DNA of 64,000 nt from Octopus vulgaris. Its lineage: Eukaryota. This document shows positions 52,582 through 64,000 of this stretch, in pieces. How positions within the stretch are numbered: the first letter of the stretch is position 1; every line of letters begins with the position of its first letter. The stretch is from NCBI GenBank assembly GCA_951406725.2, contig OX597825.1, forward strand, positions 10,912,001 to 10,976,000, read 5' to 3'. Made by a program: the position numbers and the translations under genes. The notes under the pieces were generated by a model. That model was not told the origin of the DNA. It did no database searches and saw only the letters and a list, made by a program, of their open reading frames with translations.

Positions 52582-53303
52582 AATATAGTCCTAAATACTC
52601 AATATCTTGAGTAATAAATGGGATGGTCCTGACTAGACTGCTTTTGTCTATAACTCTGCTTGATCAGGGTTGTAATGAAATTAAACAACAACAGCATCAA
52701 TTAACTGTTTTAGTTCTGCGATGGTGCTAAGTGTATTCTGCACACCTGCAGTAATGAAATATCCCCACTTCCATAGCTTCAGGTGCACAAAAGGTGTGCA
52801 GTATAGTCAGGAAGTGTCACTGTTGTCTGCACCACAGCTCCACGTGACTGCATCTTTTGTTAATTAGTCATGGTCTTCATTGATTAGCGATAGCTGAAAC
52901 CATTTCAGGCCACGGATATCAGACCTTTTAATGTTTGCTGTGGAGACATCAAACATTTGTAGCAATAAAACACTCCCACTTCCTTATATTTAAACACGTG
53001 GACAGTGTAGTACAGGTGATTCTTTGGTCCCCTACATAGATGAATTCCCTGTTGAAGTAATTGTCATCATTAGTCACACGTGGACAAATATGATAAACTT
53101 TAGGTATTTTCTGTTTTTTCTTTCTTTCTTTCTCCCTTTTTATTTTTATTTTATTTATTTATTTATTTATTTATTTATTGTCAGTTACTGGGTCATGCTC
53201 AAATTTGACAGAGAAGCTATCACGTTTTATCTATCTCCGAAGGATGAAAGACCAAGTTGATCTGGATTATATATATATAAGCATCTGTCTGTCTGTCTGT
53301 CTG

Positions 53304-53397
<94 letters not shown>

Positions 53398-53602
53398 GCC
53401 ATTGCCAGCCTCGCCTAGCACATAAAAAGCACCCACTACACTCATGGAGTGGTTGGCGTTAGGAAGGGCATCCAGCTGTAGAAACTCTGCCAGATCAGAT
53501 TGGAGCCTGGTGCAGCCTCCTGGCTTCCCAGACCCCAGTCGAACCGTCCAACCCATGCTAGCATGGAAAACGGACATTAAACAATGATGATGATGATGAT
53601 GA

Positions 53603-53605
<3 letters not shown>

Positions 53606-53643
<38 letters not shown>

Positions 53644-53651
53644 CATCTATC

Positions 53652-53712
<61 letters not shown>

Positions 53713-53732
53713 GCATCTATCTATCTATCTAG

Positions 53733-53785
<53 letters not shown>

Positions 53786-53804
53786 AAAGCATCTATCTAT
53801 CTAG

Positions 53805-53873
<69 letters not shown>

Positions 53874-53895
53874 CATCTATCTATCTATCTAGTTT

Positions 53896-53954
<59 letters not shown>

Positions 53955-53970
53955 ATCTATCTATCTATCC
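53606..53970. repeat. Higher-order repeat of compound microsatellites (AAAAGCATCTATCT-(CT)n-(AT)n) x4-5
   Basis: Direct inspection. Confidence 0.9.
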
Positions 53971-55593
53971 ATTATATTATATTATGTACATAAGCATCTA
54001 TCTCTCTATTTATATATAAAACATGAGAAACCTCACGGAAACAATGAATACAATCCTGTGGCTATTATTTACTAAATATGTTGCTACAGTTCATATTTGC
54101 AAATAGCTTTTCTGGTTAATTATTATAAAAGAACAAACACTGGGGAAAAAAAACACAGGCAACTGTAAAAGGGACTGTAATCCATCGAAACAAAAGAGGA
54201 TCCTAACTAAACTGCTTTCATTTGGATAGTATCCGACATTTTTAATGACAATGCAACTACATTATCACAAATGTAAGATAATTATTTGATAAGAAGTATG
54301 AAAAAGAGTTTGTTATTGTTGTGACTGAGAAATTTGTATAGTATAGTTGTAGTTGTTTAGCTTCTGATTGATCAAGTAGACTTATCATTCCAAATGTGAT
54401 CATCTTGCCTTTTTGAGGATTATACAGAATATTGATTTCAAATTTTGGCACAAGGCCAGCAAGTTCAGGGCAGGGGATAAGTCGATTACATTGACACCAA
54501 TATTTAACTGGTTCTTATTTTATCGACCCCAAAAAGGATGGAAAGAAAAGTTGACCGTGTTGGAATTTGAACTTAGAATCGAAATCGAAATCAAATTCAA
54601 TAACTGGCATCTGTGCTAGTGGAGCACTAAGAGCACCACCCGAGTGTGATCGTTGCCAGAGCAACAAGCTGGCCTCCGAGCCGATGGCACATTAAAAAAA
54701 CCATTTGAGCGTAATCGTTACCTGCATCGCCTTACTGGCACTTGTGCTGGTGGCACGTGAGAAAACATTTGAGCGAGGCCGTTACCAGTGCCACTGAACT
54801 GGCTCCTGTGCAGGTGGCACATAAAAAGCACCATTTGAGCATGGCTGTTGCCAGTACTGCCTGACTGGCCCTCATGCTGGTGGCACATAAAAGCACCTAC
54901 TACACTCTCGGAGTGGTTGGCATTAGGAAAGGCATCCAGCTGTAGAAACTCTGCCAAATCAGATTGGAGTCTGGTGCAGCCATCTGGTTCGCCAGACCTC
55001 AGTCAAATCGTCTAACCCATGCTAGAATGGAAAGCGGATGTTAAACGATGATGATGAATGTGAAGATGGTTGAAATGCCGCTAAGTATTTTGCACGGCAT
55101 GCTAACAATTCTGCCAGCTCACTGATGATACAGATTATTATCTATCTGATGTGTCCTATCTGAGACAAGGCAATAAGGTATAATCTAGGGGAGATTTATC
55201 ATATTTCCAGTCGATCGACCAACCAGGAAGCAGCAACCTGTATGTAACGCTGGCAAAGGTGGTAATGAGGCAAAAAGGATAAAAATCAACTAAATGCCTC
55301 ACAATATTTACTTTTAACTTTCTATGTCAGGCATGGAGAAGCTTTTTAAGAAGAATAGTGCATGAGACATAGCTCATCATCAGGTGGGTAGTATTACTAA
55401 GAAAAATTCAAGGTAATTTTTTGTTAAGTGTGTCATTCAGACTGTCCTGCAGGCCATAGTTGGCCTATGATGAATTCAAAGTCTACTGATGTCAGCTTAC
55501 CTGGTGTCCCCCTGAGAAGAGATAATGGGAATGGTCCAAGCCAGAGTGAATACTTATTGCAGTGTATCACAACTTGTGGCATCTTTTAACTGC

Positions 55594-55899
55594 TCATCAT
55601 CATCATCATTGTTCGACTGTGGTCGAGACAATGGAATTTACCATGCTACGCCAGACTTCACAGTTCCATCATGGCATTGCAGAGGTCCTGTTGCTGGATG
55701 CCTGTATCCCTGGAGATTACATCAGGGTAGGAGAGTGTGCGCCCTCTGGTATTGCGAGTAGATGGCTTCCAGAGGAGAAGAGTAGAAATTACCTCTTTTT
55801 CAGCTCTACAACAATGTCCAGCAAACTGGACTCTCCTACCTTTCACAAGAGATGACACAGGTGGTAGTTTCCCATATATTTGCATTTTGGTTGGATGGC
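55594..55899 (-). mobile_element. RTE-type LINE 3' fragment (second copy)
   Basis: Highly similar to 24768-25070. Confidence 0.85.
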
Positions 55900-56412
55900 T
55901 CAGTAGAGTTAACTATTTCTTTATTATCGGCATAAAGCCTTAAGTATAGAGGGGACACTACAAGGACGGACAACACAATCGTGGGGCACATATAATGATT
56001 AACGAATGATTTATGAGATGTGAAAAAAATAATGACAATGAAAATGGCTTTCTACCCCAACAAAGTAGAAAGTTGCTTTTTACTGCTTTTACTGTTCAGT
56101 GGAGTTAGCTGTTGAGAGATAACTATCTTGGCCATGGAGTTAAAGATGTTTGAGCCAAGTTATGTGTAAGATACACAATAATGTAATACTCTTTTACTCT
56201 TTTACTTGGTTCAGTTATTTGACTGTGGCCAAGCTGGAGCACCGCCTTTAGTCGAAGAAATCGACTCAAGGACTTATTCTTTGTAAGCCTAGCATTTATT
56301 ATATCGGTCTCTTTTGCCGAACTGCTAAGCTACGGGGACGTAAACACACCGGCATCAGTTGTCAAGTGATGTTGGGGAGACAAACACAGACACACAAACA
56401 CACACACACGCG

Positions 56413-56461
<49 letters not shown>

Positions 56462-57583
56462 GACGGGCTTCTTTCAGTTTCTGTCTACCAGATTCACTCA
56501 CAAGGCTTTGGTCGACCTGAGGCTATAGTAGAAGACACTTGCCCAAGGTGCCACGCAGTGGAACTGAACCCAGAACCATGTGGTTGGTAAGCAAGCTACT
56601 TACCACGCAGCCACTCCTGGTAAAGTTTATTGCAGTGTATTGTGTAAAGTGTACTGCTATACTTGCACTTAGTTCAAATATTTTTCTTGCTTCAAAAATA
56701 TGCAATATACACATTGACCTGGGGCTATAAAAATTATACCACAAATGTCTGGTAGTAATAAATTCATGGAGGCAAATTGTTAAGAGCTACAGAAGATAAG
56801 TATCTTAGGTTTGTTTGACCAACAATAGATATTTCTCTGGTTACACTATGGCCATATCTAAGGCTGCTGTCGATCACGGTTGATAAGATTCAAGAAAAAT
56901 AAAATGTAAGTAAATGAAGTCTATCTTGTTGTTTAATCAACAGGAATATCTATTTATTGAGTTTACTTGTTCTTTTAAACAGACTGGTCCTTCAAACTTG
57001 TAAGATCAACGTAGTTAATGTTCTTATTGACTCTTCATTAAGGAAAAAATTATCCGATAATTGTCAAAGATATAATAGATCAAAATATGTAAAAATGTAC
57101 ACGTCAATATAAACTTGAAATATGAGGTTAACGCATATGAAAATTGGACCTTATTGACTACAACTCATCTCTGGCCAAGCAATTTAATTACATAATTGTA
57201 TACAATGGTATATGTTTATTTTATAAGTGTGTAACTGTTTCGTCTAAAATTGAAGTTGTTGATGTTGTTCAGCCAATAGATCAACCTTAATCTAGCAGAG
57301 ACATTAGTTTCCCATCTCATTTGTGAAACATTGTATCTAGAAGCACATCATATAGTTATGCCCTTCTTTTTTTTTTAAGATAGTAGGACAGGTCAAGGGA
57401 AATTTGGGTGCTATTGTCCAGACTCTTCATGGGTTGTTTTGTGGCTGGCAACTTTTGTTGTTTTATAGCTTCAGATGAGGAGGCAATATTGACAGTTGTA
57501 TCAAAGTGTATCTAGGACTATATTATACTGTTGTGTCTTTTTAAGGTGGTAGGGTGTGATTTGAAGGAAATTATTTCCCGTTA

Positions 57584-58774
57584 TTAGGTTTACATGAAAG
57601 TTCTGGTGGAATTTTTGATTTTGGTTTTAAATTATGCATTTTCAATTTAATTTTCATTAAATTACTTTGACTTTATATATCATTTTAAAGTACGTTTTTC
57701 ACTCTATCTAATCGTGTTACTCTTTTTCTGTTTGAATTATTAGGCCATTTTTTCTGTAATGTTGAATACAACATGGACAAAAAGCAAATTTGCACAATTT
57801 TCTTATTCCAGTACAAGCTAGGCTGAAAAGCTGCTGAAACAGCTCGTGATATTAATGATGCGTTTGGCCCAGGGACCACTAATGAATGTACAGCACAATG
57901 GTGGTTCAAGAAATTTTGTAGTGGTGACGAGAGTCTTGAAGATGATATGCATAGTGGTTGGCCATCGGATGTTGACAAAGATCAACCAAGAGCCTTAGTC
58001 AAAGCCAATCCATGCACAACTGTTTGAGTGCTTGCTTCTGAATTAGACATAATGTATACGACAATTTCCAGCCAATTGAAAGAGATTGGAAAAACAAAAA
58101 TACTTGAGAAATGGGTGCCGCACGAATTGAACGATAACCAAAAAAAAAACGCCATTTTGAAGTGTCATCTCCCTTTCTTTTACGCAACAAGAATGACCCG
58201 TTTCTCGACTGGATTGTGACTTTTGATGAAAAGTGGATTCTTTACGACAACTGGCGATACTCAGCTCAGTGGTTGGACACCAACAAAGCTCCACGGTACT
58301 TCCCGAAGCCAAAGTTGTACCAAAAGGTCATGATGATTGTTTGGTGGTCTGCAGCTGGTCTCATCCATCACAACTTTTTGGATCCAGGCGAAACCATTAC
58401 AGCAGAGAAGTACTGTCAGCAAATGGATCAAATGCATAAGAAACTCCAACAACAACAGCCAGCATTCTTCCTTACAACAATGCTCGGCTGCACATCACAC
58501 AACTGACCCTGCAGAAGTTGAATGAATTGGGCTATGAAACTCTGCCTCATCTGCCATACACACCAGACCTCAGCTGCATGTCGCGCAACATGATGCCAAA
58601 CACACCTTCAACGACTTCATCACCACCAGAACGCAGGATTTTTATGCTACTGGCATAAATAAACTTGTTTCGCATTGGCAAAAGTGTGTTGATTCTGATG
58701 GTGTTTGTTTGAGCCAAGATATGTGCATCTGAATTTAAAGTTTAAAAGCCACAAGAACTTTCTTGACAACCTAA
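57584..58774 (+). mobile_element. Near full-length defective mariner (cecropia/Hsmar1-like)
   Basis: TA TSDs; TIR TTAGGTT...AACCTAA. The pseudo-transposase from ATG 57773 reads MDKKQICTIFLFQYKLG*KAAETARDINDAFGPGTTNECTAQWWFKKF, WVPHEL, FLDWIVTFDEKWILYDN and PHLPYTPDL, with stops and frameshifts. Confidence 0.92.
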
Positions 58775-60626
58775 TACATGCAGATTGAACAACTGCTTAT
58801 GCGCTCTCTTGCTGGCTTGTAGCTGTTGTTGTTTAGCCCCAGGTCAGCTCTAGCTAAGCAAAACTATGATCATAAACCAAACCAACTGTGCTTATGGTGG
58901 TAGTCTATATACGGCAGCCAAATCTGTCTCTGATCGCATGTACAAATATTTTATAAAGGGAAGGATATATTTGTAATCTCTTCTGTGCTTATGGTGGTAG
59001 GCTGTGATTTGAGGGAGAATAGGCTGCTATTTCTAGCAAGTCAAGCAACTTTGTGCCAACTCCCTTGTTGGGTCATGGCCGTACTGCTGTTATTGTTAAT
59101 GTTGTTTAGTCCCAGCCATAATTAAACAGATCTACGTTTCCAAGGCATGTAAACTTGTAGAATCATTAGAACAGCAAACAAAATGCTTTGTCATTATTGT
59201 TCACCTGCAAAGGCAGGTGAGCCGGCAGAATCGTTAGCATGCTGGGCTAAATGCTTATCAGCATTTCGTCTGTCTTTACATTCTGGGTTCAAATTCTGCT
59301 GTGGTTGACTTTGCCTTTCACCCTTTTGGGGTCGATAAATTAAGTACCAGTCATGTACTGTGATTGATGTGATTGACTTTGCCCCTCCCTCAAAATTTCA
59401 GGCCTTGTGCCTATAGTAGAAAGGAAAGGATTATTCTTCACCTGCGACAAGACTGGTGCCAAGCTGTATTGAACCTTGTCTCTACCCCCACTTCCAAATA
59501 ACAGTTTCTTTACTACCCACAAGGGGCTAAACACAGAGGGAACAAACAAGGACAGACAAACGGATTAAGTCGAGTACATCGACCCTAGTGCGCAACTGGT
59601 ACTTTATTTATCGACCCCGAAAGGATGAAAGGCAAAGTTGACCTCGGCGGAATTTGAACTCAGAACGTAATGACAGATGAAATACGGCTACGCATTTCGC
59701 CCGGCGTGCTAACGGTTCTGCCAGCTCGAACATTAATGGTATGGAGAGGAAGGGAGACTTATTGGATGGGCAACAACTGGTCTGTTATAAAAAACAGAAA
59801 CTACCTTACTCAGGGTTGCACACAGACGAGGAACTTTCCAGCTGTAGACACACACCTAACCATGACCAACAGAGGCCTTAGCTATGGCAAGAATGTGATC
59901 AGAGAAATGTCTATTGCTGGTTAAACAAATCTAAGATACTTGATCTTCTTTAGCTCTCAACAGTTTGTCTCAATGAATTTATTACAACTCAGACATTTGT
60001 GGTGTAATTTTTATAGCCCCAGGTCAAGGCTGACCTAGAGCTAATAATAGGAAATAATTCATAGACTTATGATCAGAAGCATTCTGTTCATGACTATCCT
60101 ATCTTTTTTTTCCAGATAGAATGTATCTACGATTACATCATCATCATCATCATCATCATCATTTAACATCTGTTTTCCGTGCTAGCACAGGTTTGACGGT
60201 TTGACGGTTTGACTGGGGTCTGGGAAGCCAGGAGGCTGCACCAGGCTCCAGTCTGATCTGGCAGTGTTTCTACAGCTGGATGCCCTTCCTAACGCCAACC
60301 ACTCTGTGAGTGTAATGGGTGCTTTTTACGTGCCACCTGCACAGGTGCCAGGGGAGGCTGGGAGCGGCCACGATCGATTGGTGCTTTTTACGTGCCACTG
60401 GCACAGAAGCCAGTTACCAATATATCCTTCCCTTTATAAAATAGCAGTACTTGTGATCAGAGACAGATTTGGCTGCTGTATATAGACTGTTCTCATTGAT
60501 TCACCACTCATTATGATGTTCTGGTTGTTGTTTAGCTCCAGTCTGCCTTTGTTCAGCAGACAGATTGACATTTTCTTTTTGTTTGCAGATGTAGTATACT
60601 TTGTTCTATATCATTCAATTTGTCCT

Positions 60627-61078
60627 TGCAGCGGTATCTGATATCCTCACTGTTTGAGAGACACAATAAGAATGATCTCGTTTGAGATTACATCCATCTT
60701 TGGCTAGTTTGACACTGTTGTGTCCACTGATCTGATTGGTTGGCATCTAGCGCAGTCTGTCTCTTGACTTATTTCGCACCAGAGTGAAAAGCAACCAATC
60801 ACAGCCTTCAGATAAGGTTTGCTTCTTTGAGCCCACCACAGGCTTTATAAGGTGCTTGTTTTCACTATTCTCCGTCTTTCGGCTTTAGACCTTTTAAGGT
60901 CAAGTCACTGACCACAGAGCTACTCAGCCATGTTCCAGTTCCAGCGACAGATGACAGCCAGCCAACCAATCAGATCAGTGGACACAAAAGGGTCAAACTA
61001 GCCAAAGATGGATGTAATCTCAAACGAGAGCATTCTTATTGTGTCTCTCAAACAGTGAGGATATCAGATATCGCTACA
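60627..61078. mobile_element. Long-TIR MITE with TG...CA ends and a 4-bp TSD (Ginger-like)
   Basis: ~118-bp near-perfect TIRs (60627-60744 / 60961-61078); TSD TCCT (60623-60626, 61079-61082). Confidence 0.8.
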
Positions 61079-62277
61079 TCCTTTTAGCTTTTATGGTGGT
61101 AGGATGTGAATTAAGAGAGATTTGGCTGGTCTATCTGGCAGGTATTGTGACCACAAAGGAACCTTACACCACCTCCACCATCACTCTTTCTTGTCCCTAT
61201 ATTTGTTTCTTTATTGCCCACAGGGGGCTAAACATAGAAGGGACAAACAAGGACAGACAAATGGGTTAAGTCGATTATATCGACCCCAGTGCATAACTGG
61301 TTCTTAATTCATCGACCCCGAAAGGATGAAAGGCAAAGTTGACCTCGGCGGAATTTGAACTCAGAACATAACGGCAGATGAAATACGGTTATGCATTTCG
61401 CCCGGTGTGCTAAAGTTTCTGCGAGCTCGCCGCCTTTGTCCCTATATTATGTTATTAACCTCTGAGGAAGAAAAACTCAAACCTTACAAACTGAACTCAG
61501 AGCAGTAACTTACCAGTAAGCCGGTTAGAGATATAATCTATAACTGTGCTCAGTCACCAAGTCATTATATCTTCAAGTTCACTACATTGATTTCAGATAA
61601 ACATGTAACAGATTTAGATTTATTTATTATAGAGAGTACTTGAAGTTTAAACTTACATGACATCAGCCCAGCCACTAACTCCCACCCCCAGAAAACTCAG
61701 TACAACCTATGGTTGTTAGTGTAGTTCCTGTTATTTAGGAATTTCTCCTCACTAAACAAGGTGCAAATGGTCTAAATAGTGACATTTTAATTGCTTTCGG
61801 GGATATAGCTGAAGTGGAAGGCTAATCAGAGATAGTGAAAGCTGCGTCATGGACTTGGCTGGCCAAGATCTAGTTTCTCCCATATATAAGTGGCTCACTT
61901 CAAGTTTACTGTATTGAAATTTGTTTGTACACCATAGTTTAGTTAATCTAGCAATATTTACTAATATCTTTTGTTTTTGGATCATGTTATTATAAAGATT
62001 ATATGTAACATGGTATAAATTGACAATCACACACACACACACACACACATGTATATTTATGCACACACATACACACATTGATTCATATGGAATTTGTTGA
62101 GGTAGAAATTTTATAGCCAGATGCACTCCCTGGCACTGAACCTCACCTGTTTCCAGGTAAGGTAAAACTATCCCCTTTGACTGGGTGTGTTTCCACGGAA
62201 TGCTAATGAATGTTAGGGTTCCTGGGATGGTGACTCTCACAATTATCATATAAAGTCGAGACAAAGAGATAAACACA

Positions 62278-62326
<49 letters not shown>

Positions 62327-62631
62327 TTCAGTTTCCATCAACCAACTCCATTCACAAGGTTCCGGTTGGTTCTGGGCTACATTGGAGGGCATTTTCCCAA
62401 GGTGACACATGGTGGGCCTGGACCCAAAACCATGTGATTGTGAAGGAGACATCTTAAACCTTTATCATTCAGATTATTCTGTAAAATGTTTTGTTTATTT
62501 ATTTACATTGTTTTGATTTAATCACACTTTATCTCATAGCTTTATGATTTCAATGATGTGATTGTTACTTTTTAGAATGACATTGTAAGGTAAGTGTGAA
62601 AGGCCAGACCTTGCTGGTTTGAACATAAAAC

Positions 62632-62687
62632 AGGTAGAATATTTTTTCCGGATATGGCTTGCATATCCGGAAGAAAATATTCTACCT
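62632..62687. repeat. Near-perfect palindrome at a truncated MITE end
   Basis: AGGTAGAATATTTTTTCCGGATATG-GCTTG-CATATCCGGAAGAAAATATTCTACCT. Confidence 0.9.
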
Positions 62688-62688
62688 T

Positions 62689-62763
<75 letters not shown>

Positions 62764-63898
62764 CACACACACAAAGGAATTCATACATTGATAAGTGCCA
62801 CTGCATGAAACACCTGGCCCTTGAGTCACTGCATAAACTCTATTGATTAAATAAAAGATATGGTGGCATCCTGTTGGTTGCAACGATGAGGGTTCCAGTT
62901 GATCCAATCAACAGAACAGCCAGCTTGTGAAATTAAAGTGTAAGTGGCTGAGCACTCCACAGACATAAGTACCCTTAACGTAATTCTCAGGGAGATTTAG
63001 CATGACACAGTGTATGACAAGGCAGGCCCTTTGAAAAACGGGTACAACAGAAACAAGAGGAAAGAGTGAGAGAAAGTTGTGCTGAAAGAGTACAGCAGGG
63101 TTCACCCATTGTTTGTTTGTATAATAATACTGAAATTATTGTATACAGTGCTCAGGTGCACCATAACTTGTCAAAAGTGCGTATAAAGCGTATGCAGTAA
63201 AGTACAAATGTCTGGGAAGTGAACAGTGTATGAGTCAGATACATGCTTATGTGTGTATGGAGGGGAGAAAATCGGGTGTAGTGTTGGCGAATCTCAGGAA
63301 GCATGCAAGTTTTGAAGGATGCAGGGCTCCGACAACTAACAACTGATGCTGGCAGTTTGTTCCATGCTTCAGCAACTCTTAGCATGAAAAAATGTTTCCG
63401 AAAGTCATGGGAGCTGTGCTGTTTTTTGACTTTGTAAATATGTCCACGGGTGTTAGACGGGTGGAGTTTGAATGTATGTATGTATGTATGTATATGTTTG
63501 TGTGTGTGTCTGTATTTGTCCCCCTACCATCACTTGACAACTGATGTTGGTGTGCTAACGTCCCTGTAACTTGGTGGTTCAGCAAAAGAAACTGATAGAA
63601 TAAGTACTACTGGGGGTGATTTGTTCGACTACAGGTGGTGTTCCAGCATGGCCGCAGTCAAATGACTGAAACAACAAAAAGAATATAATAGTAATAATTA
63701 TTATTTCCAAATTTTGCCACAAGGGAGGTGGAGATGAGTTGATTACATTGACCCCAGTGTTCAACTGGTACTTATTTTATTGACCCCGAAAGGATGAAAG
63801 TCAAAGTCAACCTCAGTGGAATTTGAACATAGCGACGGGCAAAATATCGCTAAGCATTTCATCCAGCATGCTAATGATTCTGCCAGCTCACTACCTTC

Positions 63899-63944
<46 letters not shown>

Positions 63945-64000
63945 TGAGCTTATTGTAAGCTGTGCTCAGGTGCAATACAACTCATCAGAAAAGGTAACAT

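Overview
This is AT-rich, microsatellite- and SINE-dense animal genomic DNA. The repeat landscape is what I associate with coleoid cephalopods (Octopus-like), which is an inference. One host gene is well supported: the last two coding exons of a TPRG1L/mover-like (hSac2-domain) gene on the + strand (2645-2821 and 17535-17880), with a 14.7-kb intron and probably a long 3'UTR. The rest is transposon-derived: several tRNA-type SINE families, RTE and CR1/L2 LINE 3' fragments, three mariner relics, piggyBac-, hAT-, Mutator- and Ginger-like MITEs with visible TSDs, Helitrons, Penelope-like remnants and a degenerate Gypsy 3' end. The most notable signal is a set of about nine type I hammerhead-ribozyme-like motifs. 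One looks intact (41036-41096, +). Another sits about 30 nt inside what appears to be the 3' LTR of the Gypsy relic (41420-41494, -). Most ORFs in the supplied track are microsatellite or SINE artefacts.
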